64,000 nt of DNA, taken from assembly GCA_963718525.1 (NCBI GenBank), contig OY970355.1, positions 2,336,001-2,400,000 of the forward strand, read 5' to 3'. The notes beneath the pieces are model-generated. The model was not told where the DNA came from and did not search any database. It was given only the letters and a program-made list of their open reading frames with translations. Source of the stretch: Candidatus Dormiibacterota bacterium (GTDB taxonomy: Bacteria > Chloroflexota > Dormibacteria > Aeolococcales > Aeolococcaceae). Shown in pieces: positions 28,828 to 38,592 of the stretch (positions within the stretch are counted from its first letter, which is position 1; every line of letters begins with the position of its first letter). Both the position numbers and the translations under genes were made by a program.

Positions 28828-29607
28828 ATGCGCCTGGCCACATGGAATGTGAACTCTGTTGTCGTGCGGCTGCCGCGACTCGTCGAATGGCTCGCTGCCA
28901 GCAGCCCCGACATCCTGTGCTTGCAGGAGACCAAGGTTGCAGATGACGCGTTCCCGCGGGCCGATGTCGAGACGCTCGGCTACGAGGTCGCGCTGCACGG
29001 AGAGGGGCGCTGGAACGGCGTCGCGATCCTCTCGCGCGTCGGCCTAGCGGACGTCGTCCGCGGCTTTGACGGCGAGCCTGGCTTTCCGGGAGCGGAGGCT
29101 CGCGCGATCAGCGCGACCTGCGGCGGTCTGCGAGTTTGGTCGATCTACGTGCCGAACGGGCGCGCTCTGGACAGCGACCACTATCCGTACAAGCTGAGCT
29201 GGCTCGCAGCGCTGCGTCTCGCCCTGCTGGCCGCGCGGGGGACGTCAGCGCCGCTGGTGGTGTGCGGTGACTTCAACATCGCGCCGACCGACGATGATGT
29301 CTGGGACCCCGCTGCCTTCATCGGGTCGACGCACGTCAGCGCGCCGGAGCGCGAGGCCTTGGCGGCGATCACCGGCATCGGCCTGGATGACGTGTTCCCG
29401 CGGGCGATCAAGGGGCGCCCCTTCACGTACTGGGACTACCGGGCCGGGAATTTCCACAAGGGTCTCGGGATGCGCATCGACCTCGCCCTGCTCGACCATG
29501 TGGTCACGCCATCGGTGATCGACGCGTACATCGACCGCGATGCACGCAAGGGAACATTGCCCTCAGACCACGCACCTCTCGTCGTCGACCTCGATTGGCC
29601 GCGGTAG
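28828..29607 (+). CDS. xth: Exodeoxyribonuclease III
   Basis: MRLATWNVNS, LQETK, WNGVAILS, YVPNG, GDFNIAP, FTYWDYR, RIDL, SDHAP. Confidence 0.95.
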   Translation: MRLATWNVNSVVVRLPRLVEWLAASSPDILCLQETKVADDAFPRADVETLGYEVALHGEGRWNGVAILSRVGLADVVRGFDGEPGFPGAEARAISATCGGLRVWSIYVPNGRALDSDHYPYKLSWLAALRLALLAARGTSAPLVVCGDFNIAPTDDDVWDPAAFIGSTHVSAPEREALAAITGIGLDDVFPRAIKGRPFTYWDYRAGNFHKGLGMRIDLALLDHVVTPSVIDAYIDRDARKGTLPSDHAPLVVDLDWPR

Positions 29608-29729
29608 CGAAGGCCGATCGGGGATCAGCCCGCCGGAGGAGGCCGAGCCTTGGTGGATGCGATGTCCACGATGCTGCCGCCCACCGCCAGGGTTCGGCAG
29701 GGGCAATGGTCTCGACCGGTCGGGCTCCG

Positions 29730-30158
29730 CTACAGCTCCAGCGTCGCCTCGGCGGTGATCGGCACCGCGGCCAGAGCCTTCGAGACCGGGCAGTTCGCCT
29801 TCGCATCCTCGACTGCCGCCCGGAAGACTTCGGAGTCGAGGCCCGGGACCTTGCCCTTCACGGTCAGGTGAATCGCAGAAATCCCCTCGGCCACGCCGAA
29901 GGTGACCTTGGCGGTGGTGTCGAGCCGTTCGGGCGGATGACCGGCGCCGGCGAGGCCATGGGCAAGCGCCATCGAGAGGCAGCTCGCGTGTGCGGCGGCG
30001 ATGAGCTCCTCAGGGCTTGTGCCGCTGGCGCGCGACTCGGCGCGTGCGTTCCACGTGATCGGGAGCTCGGGGAACGCCGCGCTCGCGGGCCGCACCGTGC
30101 CCTTCCCGCTGACCAGACTTCCTTCCCACGTCGCGCTGGCGCTGCTGTCAACCGTCAT
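29730..30158 (-). CDS. osmC: OsmC-family peroxiredoxin
   Basis: ATWEGSLVSGKG, SPEELIAAAHASCLSMAL, AKANCPVSKAL. Confidence 0.93.
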   Translation of the reverse strand: MTVDSSASATWEGSLVSGKGTVRPASAAFPELPITWNARAESRASGTSPEELIAAAHASCLSMALAHGLAGAGHPPERLDTTAKVTFGVAEGISAIHLTVKGKVPGLDSEVFRAAVEDAKANCPVSKALAAVPITAEATLEL

Positions 30159-30252
30159 GCGAGGCTCCTTTCACGAAATTGAACGACGGGAACCAGCCTA
30201 ACGAGACTGTCCGAGCCGCTGCGCGGTCGGGGAGGGGCTCGGCGCGGTCGAG

Positions 30253-30465
30253 CTAGTGGGAGAGCCCGTTGCTGACGTTGGAGAACACGTTGTTGACCTG
30301 CTTTCCGACCACCTGCAGGATCACGATGACCACGATCGCGATCAACACGAGGATGAGGGCGTACTCCACCATGCCCTGACCGTCCTCATCGGCGGTGAGC
30401 GCGCTGCGAACGGCCTCAATCGAGCGGAGGTGGAGCGCACCGAGCGCTTGGGAGGTGCAGACCAT
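30253..30465 (-). CDS. flp: Flp family type IVb pilin
   Basis: DEDGQG/MVEYALILVLIAIVVI prepilin cleavage and Flp motif. Confidence 0.9.
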   Translation of the reverse strand: MVCTSQALGALHLRSIEAVRSALTADEDGQGMVEYALILVLIAIVVIVILQVVGKQVNNVFSNVSNGLSH

Positions 30466-30558
30466 CCCTAGATGGTAGACGCGGGGGCCGCCCGCAACTC
30501 GGACAGTCGAGTTCAGAGCTGCGCGGCGTCCACCATGCCGATCAACTCCCGAGGTCGC

Positions 30559-30755
30559 TCAGACGTTGACCCCGAGACATGCCAGGCTCTCCTCGAGTGC
30601 CGGCCGGACCTTGTCGCACCGTCCCAGGCCGGCGCCTCCCCCGCCGCCGAACTTGGTTGCGAGGACCACGTCGGCGCGCCGACCCGCGATGGCTCGACCG
30701 ACCACCTCGTCGCTGTAGCCGGATCCGTAGATGTTCGCAGTGTCGCCGATCTCAG
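30559..30755 (-). pseudogene. Aldo/keto reductase N-terminal fragment
   Basis: Hand translation: [34 protein letters not shown]...[12 protein letters not shown] (AKR Asp/Tyr/Lys motifs); no clear start and a premature stop. Confidence 0.75.
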
Positions 30756-30899
30756 CTAGCGGTTTGACCCCGCGCTCCGGTCAGGATCGCTCGCGTTCGA
30801 TGGGTGTAGACGACCACACAAGAGACCGTGATGAGCACGCTTGGCGCTGCGAAAGCCTCGTGCCTCCATGGCGCACCCCGGGGGGGTTAGGCTCGGCAC

Positions 30900-31280
30900 A
30901 TGTCCGGTATCCACCTCGCCGACGTGCTCGCGACCTTCACCGAACCCTGGGCGCCGCGAACTGTCGCGCGGCTCAACGACTACGACGTCCGCGTCGTCAG
31001 AACCCGCGGCGAGTTCACGCGCCACCGTCATCCGGAGACCGACGAACTGTTCTTGGTCCTGACCGGCACATTGACCGTCCGGATGGACGCCGGCGATGTC
31101 GATCTCCGTTCAGGCGACCTCTACGTGATTCCCCGCGGCGTCTACCACCAGCCCGTGTCCCTGGAGGGGGCGGAGGTGATGCTCATCGAGCCCGCAGTAA
31201 CGGTCAATACCGGTGATACGCCAAGCGAATTGACGCGACGCCCGATTGTCGTTGGCGCGTCGGATGGGGCCGAGGCCTAG
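30900..31280 (+). CDS. Cupin domain protein
   Basis: WAPRTVARLNDY, GEFTRHRHPETDELFLV, GDLYVIPRGVYHQP, VNTGD. Confidence 0.9.
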   Translation: MSGIHLADVLATFTEPWAPRTVARLNDYDVRVVRTRGEFTRHRHPETDELFLVLTGTLTVRMDAGDVDLRSGDLYVIPRGVYHQPVSLEGAEVMLIEPAVTVNTGDTPSELTRRPIVVGASDGAEA

Positions 31281-31792
31281 GGCCAGCGCTCCCTGCCGCG
31301 CATGGTGGTTGCGATGGGCTCTTCTTCGTACGCGAGGTGGGCGAGGAGATCCTGCTCGAGCCGGGCCAGCGCAGCTACCAGGCGGCGGCGCGCGGGAGGG
31401 GTCGCGGTGTCGTCCAGCTGCGCGGCTGAGGCCTCGACCTCATCGAGCAGGTCGGAGATGGCTCGGTTGTCCGCCTCGAGCCTGTCGACGACAGCGGATA
31501 GTTCGGGGTTCGATCTGCGCAGCGCGGGGAACATGTCCGCATCCTCGAGCCCGTGGTGCGCGTGCACCACCCTGCAGTGGTACAGGCAGTTGACCCGCAG
31601 CGTCCAGATGGGACTTCGCGTCTGCAGCGCGGCGATCTGCCGGGCGACTTCGGCCGCAGGGGCACCCGCGGCGACCTCGCCGGCGAGCGCTCTGCACGTC
31701 GCGAGGTCGGTGCGCAGCATCTGATGGATGAGCTTCAGCTGCCGGTGCATGAGTATTCCGAACGGCGCTTCGCCGTTGACCCTCGTCGTCAC
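31277..31792 (-). CDS. Hemerythrin-like (HHE cation-binding) protein
   Basis: IHQMLRTDL, HAHHGLED..MFPAL, LLAHLAYEE; start taken as the GTG just after the HAD stop. Confidence 0.8.
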   Translation of the reverse strand: MTTRVNGEAPFGILMHRQLKLIHQMLRTDLATCRALAGEVAAGAPAAEVARQIAALQTRSPIWTLRVNCLYHCRVVHAHHGLEDADMFPALRRSNPELSAVVDRLEADNRAISDLLDEVEASAAQLDDTATPPARRRLVAALARLEQDLLAHLAYEEEPIATTMRGRERWP

Positions 31793-31793
31793 G

Positions 31794-32459
31794 TCAGAGC
31801 AGTCGCGCTCGATGAAGGGCATCCTCGACGTCAGCGATACCATCGACCAGGTAGCCGGGATTGGCGCGTGAGAGCGTGTCGCGATCGCGAATCCCAGAGC
31901 TCACCGCGATCGACACATAGCCGAGCGCGCTCGCTGCAGCGATGTCTGCCTCGGTGTCGCCGATGACTACGGCGGGGTCGTCAGGCGGGACGGTCAAGCG
32001 GATCAAGCGCGCCTTCGCAAATGCCGGATCAGCACCCGCCGCCGCCGTCTCGATGACCTCGAAAAAGGGTGTCAGTGCAAAGACGGCGAGCTGCGCCCGC
32101 AACGCCGTGGCTGAGGAGCGCAGTGACACCAGCGCACACCGGTACGTGGCCGCGAGCCGGGTGAGCACCGGGATCGTCTCGGGAAACAGGGCGTCGAACC
32201 CGAGGCTGTCGGGAATCTCGATGAGCTCAGCGAACTGCTCCTCGAACTTCGAGCGCTGCCCATCCTCGAGACCACTCTGCGCGAGGATCTCGGGACATGC
32301 GGTGTGCTGTCGCTTGAGGTCCCAGTAGGCGGAGCGAGCCAGCGGCTGGCCCCCAAGGGATGAGCAGACCGTGCTGTAGACGTGGTGGTGCCGTGCGGAC
32401 ACATCGAGCAAGGTCCCATCGAGGTCAAAGACGAGCGTCGTCGGCCGTTGCCCTGGCAA
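31794..32459 (-). CDS. HAD-superfamily phosphatase (Gph-like)
   Basis: VFDLDGTL motif I, VIGDTEADI motif IV; GGAGGAG before TTG 32459. Confidence 0.88.
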   Translation of the reverse strand: MPGQRPTTLVFDLDGTLLDVSARHHHVYSTVCSSLGGQPLARSAYWDLKRQHTACPEILAQSGLEDGQRSKFEEQFAELIEIPDSLGFDALFPETIPVLTRLAATYRCALVSLRSSATALRAQLAVFALTPFFEVIETAAAGADPAFAKARLIRLTVPPDDPAVVIGDTEADIAAASALGYVSIAVSSGIRDRDTLSRANPGYLVDGIADVEDALHRARLL

Positions 32460-32623
32460 TCTGCTCCTCCAACCCGTCTGGAACAACGCGATCCGGAGCG
32501 AATCCGGTCGCCTCGCGGAAGCGCGTGACGTCAAGCACGATATCAGCCGCAGGTTTTCCGTCGAGGGCGGCGCCATCGTAGCCGCCCTGGCGTCAGTCCC
32601 CTGTCACGCCTCCGACACAGGTC

Positions 32624-32956
32624 CTACTCGTTCGAGTCCTTCCAGCCGAAATGCTTCCAGCGGAAGATCCCGGCGAGGCCCAGCCGGGAGATGTGGAGTT
32701 GCTGGAACTCCTCGTACTGGTCGGCGCGTGCCGCGTCGATCGAGAGGTGCACCGCCTCGGTGGTGATGCGCTCGATGTCGGCGGCGGGCGCCAGGTAGTG
32801 CTTGCGGTGATGGGCGTGCTCGAAGACGATGCCGTGGAAGATGTCCTCGTTGGCGAGGGCGGCGACCTCCACGACCTTCCCGATATTGGATCCGTCGCTG
32901 GTCACGACCGCCTCACCCGTCTTCACCGCGGTCCACGCGATCTGTTCTTCAGCCAT
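32624..32956 (-). CDS. Small PRC-barrel/DUF2171-like protein
   Basis: VVTSDGSNIGKVVEV...HYLAPAADIERIT..AVHLSI pattern. Confidence 0.65.
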   Translation of the reverse strand: MAEEQIAWTAVKTGEAVVTSDGSNIGKVVEVAALANEDIFHGIVFEHAHHRKHYLAPAADIERITTEAVHLSIDAARADQYEEFQQLHISRLGLAGIFRWKHFGWKDSNE

Positions 32957-32964
32957 GTGACTCA

Positions 32965-34488
32965 TCATAGAGCCGGCGCGCGGGTGCGACGCCGGCGCGG
33001 CCGTACCGGTGCATGGGCGGGGCGCTCGGGAAAGTCAGGTACGTCGAGCGCCTCGAGCTCATCGGCGAGCCAGCGAATCATCATCCCGATGTCCGGCATG
33101 ACGTCGCGATCGGCGACGATGCCGATGTCGAGGCTGCCGTTGTAGCTCATCACCGTGATGTTCAAGCCGAGGCCGTCCATGATCACCGAGACGGGGTAGA
33201 TCGCCTCGAGGAGCGCGCCCGCGCAATAGAGCGGGATTTGCGGCCCGGGCACGTTGGAAACCACCAGGTTCCACGTCGGCCGCAGGCGACGGTTGCTTGT
33301 CCACGCGTAGGTGAGCTGAGCGGCCCGCGTGAACAGAGCAGGTGGGATGAAGTTGTTGGCATCCTGCAGCAGGGACGCTGGCAGTGCTGCATCGCGTTCC
33401 TTCATCTCGGCAAGCGATTCGCGGGTTGCGCGGAGGCGATCGACGGGGTCGGGGATCTCGGTGTGGAGCTCGACGCCCATCAGCAGGATGCGGTTGCCGA
33501 ACGTTCCCTGCTGCTCCGGGCTGCGCACCGACACCGGTATCTGCGCGATCAATGGCTGCTTCCCGAGTTCCTCATGCTGCTGCAACCAGCGCCGCACCAC
33601 ACCGGCGCAGATCGACACGACGACGTCGTTGACGGTGACACCGTGCCTGTTCTTGACAGCTTTGACAGTATCAAGCGGAAGCCGGCCGAAGACGATGCGC
33701 CGGTGCGCCGAGATCCTGCCGTTGAACGACGTGTGTGGGGGAGTGGAGAGCCTGCGCGCGCTGACGATCGGGCTCCTGCTCAGCGCCGCCTGCAACCGCC
33801 GGGCTGCGGCACCGACGATGCTGGCCCCGGGGAGAATGCTGAAAATCCCGACCTCTTCGAAGTGGGGTAGTGCAGCGGGAAACGAGCGCAGCAGGCGCAG
33901 CGGGTACTGAGGGATGCCCGCGATGCCGCGGCCCAGCATCTCCAACTGCGAAGGCATGCGCTGTGGCCCGTCCTCGTCCGGAGCGCGTGGGGGTGCGGGC
34001 CGGCCCTCGGGGGTCAGGTCGAGCAGGGATCCGAGGATCTCGGCACCCGACAGGCCGTCGATGACGGCATGGTGCACCTTGGTCATCAGCGCCACGCGGC
34101 CGTGCTCGAGTCCGTGGATGAGATAGATCTCCCAGAGCGGGCGGCTGCGGTCCAGCGGCCGCGAGAAGAGGCGCGCCACCTGCTCCTCGAGCTGCGCCAT
34201 CGAACCCGGCGGCACCAGCGCGAGCTCGCGCACGTGGAAGTCGATATCGAAGTCCGGGTCGTCGACCCAGTAGGCGAAGTCGATGCCGAACGGGACTTCC
34301 GCCAGGCGCCACTTGAAGATCGGGATCAGCGGCAGGCGTTCGAGGATCAGCTTCTGGAGCTCCGCGACAGTCAGGTTGCCGCCAGGCGCCGTGGAAGGGT
34401 CAAGCACCAGCACGCCGGTGACATGACCGTAGATCCGGGGCGTCTCGAGAGCGAGGAACTGCGCATCGAGGCTGGTGAGCTGGCGCAT
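32965..34488 (-). CDS. Wax ester synthase/diacylglycerol acyltransferase (WS/DGAT)
   Basis: LTSLDAQFLALET, LDRSRPLWE, catalytic HHAVIDG, TVNDVV, NLVVSNVPGP. Confidence 0.95.
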   Translation of the reverse strand: MRQLTSLDAQFLALETPRIYGHVTGVLVLDPSTAPGGNLTVAELQKLILERLPLIPIFKWRLAEVPFGIDFAYWVDDPDFDIDFHVRELALVPPGSMAQLEEQVARLFSRPLDRSRPLWEIYLIHGLEHGRVALMTKVHHAVIDGLSGAEILGSLLDLTPEGRPAPPRAPDEDGPQRMPSQLEMLGRGIAGIPQYPLRLLRSFPAALPHFEEVGIFSILPGASIVGAAARRLQAALSRSPIVSARRLSTPPHTSFNGRISAHRRIVFGRLPLDTVKAVKNRHGVTVNDVVVSICAGVVRRWLQQHEELGKQPLIAQIPVSVRSPEQQGTFGNRILLMGVELHTEIPDPVDRLRATRESLAEMKERDAALPASLLQDANNFIPPALFTRAAQLTYAWTSNRRLRPTWNLVVSNVPGPQIPLYCAGALLEAIYPVSVIMDGLGLNITVMSYNGSLDIGIVADRDVMPDIGMMIRWLADELEALDVPDFPERPAHAPVRPRRRRTRAPAL

Positions 34489-34568
34489 GGATGCCCGCCA
34501 ACATTGGCAGAAGGTGCGGAGAACGGTCAACTCATCCCATTCGCACGCGCATGTGGGATCGTTCGGGG

Positions 34569-35951
34569 GTGCTCCCGGAGATCGCGACGATCGAGACCCC
34601 AGAGCTGGGCGATCGGAGCTACGTCATTCTTGACGGCACCGAGGCAGCGGTCGTCGACCCCCAGCGCGACGTCGGCCGTGTGTTGGCGGTGCTGTCCGAC
34701 CGTGGGGCTCGGCTCACGCATGTGCTCGAGACGCACATTCACAACGACTACGTCTCCGGCGGCCCGGAGCTCTCCAGGATCACCGGGGCCACCTTAGTCA
34801 TCCCGACCGGGGAGTCGGTCGGCTACGCGCGTCAGGCGATTGGCGACGGGGGCCGGGTTCCGCTCGGCGCCCTGACGCTGGTGGCCCGCCACACGCCCGG
34901 CCATACCGCGACACATATGGCCTACGTGCTCGAGGATGGCGGGCTGCCGGTTGCAGCCTTCACCGGTGGATCGATGCTGCTCGGTTCGGTGGGCCGAACC
35001 GACCTCATCGGACCGTGGGTCACCGATCGCCTGAGCCATCTCCAGCACAGCTCCGCGAGGCGGCTGTCGGACGAGCTTCCCGATGACGCGGCGATCCTGC
35101 CGACGCACGGGTTCGGCAGTCTCTGCTCTGCCGGGTTCCCGGTTGGCGCCCCGGACACGGGGGATGCCCGCCACCAGCGCGCGGAGAACCCGGCGCTGCT
35201 GATGGACGAGGACGCATTCGTGGCCCGGCTCGTCGCGGGCATGGACGCCTTTCCGCGGTACTACGCCTACATCGCGCCGAGAAATCGAGAGGGGGCGGGC
35301 GCCTTCGATGGCGAGCTGCCTGACCTGAGCGATGGGCAGGAACTTGCGGAGCGGGCGCGCGCCGGAGAATGGGTGGTCGACCTTCGCGAGCGCCGGGAGT
35401 TTGCGGCTCGACATCTCGTCTCCACGCTTGCCTTCGAGCTCTCCGACCCGCTGAGCACCTACCTGGGCTGGCTCCTTCCCTGGGGCAGCCCCCTGAGCTT
35501 GATAGGACGATCACTCGAAGACCTGGCGGCCGCTCGCGTTGCCTTGGCGCGAATCGGCATCGAGAGGATCGTGGCGTGCGGGATCAGCGAATGCGAGGGC
35601 GGCGGGGACGACCCCTGGGCATGCCTCGCCACCGCCTCCTACCCGGTCGTCGGTTTTGAGGACCTCAAGCCGTACATCGGCGCGCCCGGGGAGATCGTGG
35701 TCGATGTCCGCCTCGGGCGTGAGTGGCGCGAAGGCCATCTCGCAACAGCGAGGCACATCCCGCTCCACGAGCTGCCCGACCGCCTCGAGGACGTGCCCCC
35801 GGGCAGGGTCTGGGTGCACTGCGCCGCGGGATATCGCGCGGCGGTGGCCGGCTCGCTCCTGGCTCGTGGGGCGCGCGACGTCATGGTGGTCAGCGATCAG
35901 TTCAGCAACGCCGTCGATGCCGGGCTCGACATCGTCTCCTCGTGCGACTGA
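34569..35951 (+). CDS. MBL-fold hydrolase-rhodanese fusion (persulfide dioxygenase/sulfurtransferase-like)
   Basis: ETHIHNDYVSG, HTPGHT, GRTDL, PTHGFGSLC, two rhodanese domains, active-site HCAAGYRA. Confidence 0.9.
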   Translation: MLPEIATIETPELGDRSYVILDGTEAAVVDPQRDVGRVLAVLSDRGARLTHVLETHIHNDYVSGGPELSRITGATLVIPTGESVGYARQAIGDGGRVPLGALTLVARHTPGHTATHMAYVLEDGGLPVAAFTGGSMLLGSVGRTDLIGPWVTDRLSHLQHSSARRLSDELPDDAAILPTHGFGSLCSAGFPVGAPDTGDARHQRAENPALLMDEDAFVARLVAGMDAFPRYYAYIAPRNREGAGAFDGELPDLSDGQELAERARAGEWVVDLRERREFAARHLVSTLAFELSDPLSTYLGWLLPWGSPLSLIGRSLEDLAAARVALARIGIERIVACGISECEGGGDDPWACLATASYPVVGFEDLKPYIGAPGEIVVDVRLGREWREGHLATARHIPLHELPDRLEDVPPGRVWVHCAAGYRAAVAGSLLARGARDVMVVSDQFSNAVDAGLDIVSSCD

Positions 35952-35974
35952 CCAGCGCCGTATAGACCGCCGCG

Positions 35975-37609
35975 ATGAGCCTCGCCACCCGAGCGGTCGA
36001 GCTCGTCGCCAGGATTCCTCCGGCGCGGACGCGAGCGGTCACCGTGCGCCGTGACATCGAGGTGGTCATGCCGGACGGAGTCACCCTCAGGCTCGACCGC
36101 TACCGCGCCCGTGGCGAGGGCACGCAGCCGGTGATCCTGATGCGGAGCCCGTATGGGCGCTCCGGGGTCTGGTCCCTGGCCGCGCGGCTCTTCGCAGAGC
36201 GTGGCTACCAGGTTGTCCTGCAGAGCTGCCGTGGTACCGGCGGGTCCGGGGGCGAGTTCAACGCGTACCGGCATGAGGCGCAGGACGGACTTGCCACGCT
36301 CGTATGGCTCGAGACGCAGCCCTGGTGCTCGGGCAAGGTCGCGACCTTCGGGCCGAGCTACCTCGGCATCGTCCAATGGGCCATCGCGACCGACCCACCG
36401 CAGTCGGTGCTCGCCATGGCGGCGCCGATCTCCTCGGCTCGGGTGCGCGATTTCACGTACCCGGGTGGGTCATTCTCCCTCCAGAGCACCCTGTCGTGGC
36501 TCGCGCTGCTTGCGGGCCCTCGGAGCGGCGGTCGACGGCACCTTCGCGAGCAGTTCCGCGCCAGGGGACGCCTTGAGCGCGGATTCGCTGCGCTCCCCTT
36601 GAGCGTTGCCGACATCGTCGTCACCGGCGCGCGCGTGCCCTTCTACCAGGACTGGCTCTCGCGCATCGATGACGATGCCTTCTGGGCGCCGGTCGAGTTC
36701 GACCGCCGGCTCGGCTCGCTGGCAGTGCCTGTGTCCATGGTGACCGGCTGGTACGACATGTTTCTCCCGGCACAGCTGGCGGACTACCAGGCGCTCCGTG
36801 CTGCCGGACGCGAGGTCCGGCTGACGGTCGGCAAGTGGAAGCACACCGACCCCGGCCTCGCAGGCGAGAGCGTGCGTGACGCGCTCGAGTGGTTCGGCCG
36901 GCACCTTCTCGGCCGCCACGACAGCCGTGTGCGCTCGCGTGTCCGCTTCTTCATCGGAGGAGTCCGGCGATGGGTCGAGGTCGACGATTGGCCGCCTGAG
37001 GCGCGGCAGGTGCGCTGGTATCTGCACCCGGGCGGGCTGCTCCACATGCGCTTCCCCGAGGCGTCGGCTCCCGACCGGTACCGCTATGACCCGTCGAACC
37101 CCACGCCGTCAGTCGGCGGCACGATGCTCGGGCCTTCCGGCGGACCGCGCGACAACCGTGCCCTAGAGCGGCGCAGCGATGTGCTGGTGTACACGACCCC
37201 GGAGCTGGTGCGCGACGTCGAGGTCGTCGGTCCGATCACCGCCGAGCTGCACCTTCGGTCCAACCTGGAGCACACCGACTTCTTCGTCAGGCTCTGCGAC
37301 GTCGAGCCGTCAGGAGGGTCGTGGAACATCTGCGACGGTCTGGTGCGCATCACCCCGGCCGGGTGGCGGCGAGGGGTCGACGGCGTCGCGACGGTCCAGG
37401 TCGCGCTCTGGCCGGCCGCTCACGTGTTCCGTCGAGGCCATCACATGCGGGTGCAGGTCTCCAGTGGGGCGCACCCGCGCTTCGCCCGCAATCTCGGCGG
37501 AGGAGAACCACTTGCGGCGGCGGCGACCATGCACGTTGCCGAGCAGGAGGTCTGGCACGACGCTGATCATCCGTCGGCGATCGTGCTGCCGATCAGGGAC
37601 CTGGGTTAG
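35975..37609 (+). CDS. CocE/NonD family serine hydrolase
   Basis: MPDGVTL, RSPYGR, GPSYLG nucleophile, GWYD, C-terminal PepX-like domain. Confidence 0.93.
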   Translation: MSLATRAVELVARIPPARTRAVTVRRDIEVVMPDGVTLRLDRYRARGEGTQPVILMRSPYGRSGVWSLAARLFAERGYQVVLQSCRGTGGSGGEFNAYRHEAQDGLATLVWLETQPWCSGKVATFGPSYLGIVQWAIATDPPQSVLAMAAPISSARVRDFTYPGGSFSLQSTLSWLALLAGPRSGGRRHLREQFRARGRLERGFAALPLSVADIVVTGARVPFYQDWLSRIDDDAFWAPVEFDRRLGSLAVPVSMVTGWYDMFLPAQLADYQALRAAGREVRLTVGKWKHTDPGLAGESVRDALEWFGRHLLGRHDSRVRSRVRFFIGGVRRWVEVDDWPPEARQVRWYLHPGGLLHMRFPEASAPDRYRYDPSNPTPSVGGTMLGPSGGPRDNRALERRSDVLVYTTPELVRDVEVVGPITAELHLRSNLEHTDFFVRLCDVEPSGGSWNICDGLVRITPAGWRRGVDGVATVQVALWPAAHVFRRGHHMRVQVSSGAHPRFARNLGGGEPLAAAATMHVAEQEVWHDADHPSAIVLPIRDLG

Positions 37610-38061
37610 CTCCGCGTGGAGCCGGCGGGGACACGCTCGCGAGGTGCGCCCTCGGTGTCCCGGTCGGCGTCATCAGGCACCTTCTTCCGGACCGGGTCGA
37701 GCGCGCTGATCCAGTGTGGCGGTGGTGATCCCGAAGGCGCCGGCGGTGATTGCGGCCCGTCGTCACCACGCCCGGGGTCGTCGTCGACCGCGGCCTGCTG
37801 GTTGTGGTCATTGTCAAACGTGATCAGGTAGATGGAGGCGATCAGTGTCATGGTCACCAGCGCGAACAATGAGAACGGCAGCCGGTAGACCCACCCAAGA
37901 TCTGTCGGGAGCCCAGGCATGAATGCCACCAGCACAGCACTCACGATGCCGACGGCTGGCGGCAGGAGCCAGACCCACACAGTGCGCCCTTCGCGATCGA
38001 TTCCGAGCCGCCGCTCAATGCCTCGGAAGAAGCCTGCGAGCCCTTCTTTACGTGTCGCCAT
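37606..38061 (-). CDS. Hypothetical two-TM membrane protein
   Basis: AGGAG RBS, two hydrophobic helices, acidic/Pro-rich tail. Confidence 0.65.
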   Translation of the reverse strand: MATRKEGLAGFFRGIERRLGIDREGRTVWVWLLPPAVGIVSAVLVAFMPGLPTDLGWVYRLPFSLFALVTMTLIASIYLITFDNDHNQQAAVDDDPGRGDDGPQSPPAPSGSPPPHWISALDPVRKKVPDDADRDTEGAPRERVPAGSTRS

Positions 38062-38097
38062 CTCTGATCTCCTGACTTCAGTCTATCGTGGAATGCC

Positions 38098-38592
38098 ATG
38101 ACAGTTGCGGTGACCGGACAGATCATCGGCGCGGGCGAGTTGAAGCGGTTGTCGCCGCGGTTCTGGCTTGCGCGCCAGACCCAGCTCGCGCTGTTCTGGG
38201 GGCCCGTGTTCATCGCGGCGCTGGTCGCCGCACTGGTCGTCAACGTCGGAAGCGCCGACCTGCTCCCGGTCATGGTTGCGCTGATCGCCTGCGTTGCCTG
38301 GTTGGTCGAACGAGGCCGCTACAGGGCCTGGGGCTACGCCGAGCGCGAGGACGACCTCATCGTGACCAGGGGACTGATGTTCCGCCGTGTCTCCGTCGTG
38401 CCGTACGGGCGAATGCAGTTCATCGACGTCACCGCCGGACCCATCGACCGAGCGTTCAGCCTTGCAACGGTCCAGCTCCACACCGCGGCGGCGGCGACCG
38501 ACGCCCGGATCCCGGGGCTCGATCGAGTCGACGCTGACGCGCTCCGGGACAGGCTCACCCTGGTGGGGGAGGCCAAGGCCACAGGCCTATGA
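38098..38592 (+). CDS. YdbS-like bacterial PH-domain membrane protein
   Basis: WGYAEREDDL..RGLMFR..VVPYGRMQFIDVTAGP, LHTAAAATDARIPGL. Confidence 0.9.
   Translation: MTVAVTGQIIGAGELKRLSPRFWLARQTQLALFWGPVFIAALVAALVVNVGSADLLPVMVALIACVAWLVERGRYRAWGYAEREDDLIVTRGLMFRRVSVVPYGRMQFIDVTAGPIDRAFSLATVQLHTAAAATDARIPGLDRVDADALRDRLTLVGEAKATGL

Noticed and set aside
30472-30759. 95-aa + strand ORF
   Set aside because: Antisense of the aldo/keto reductase remnant
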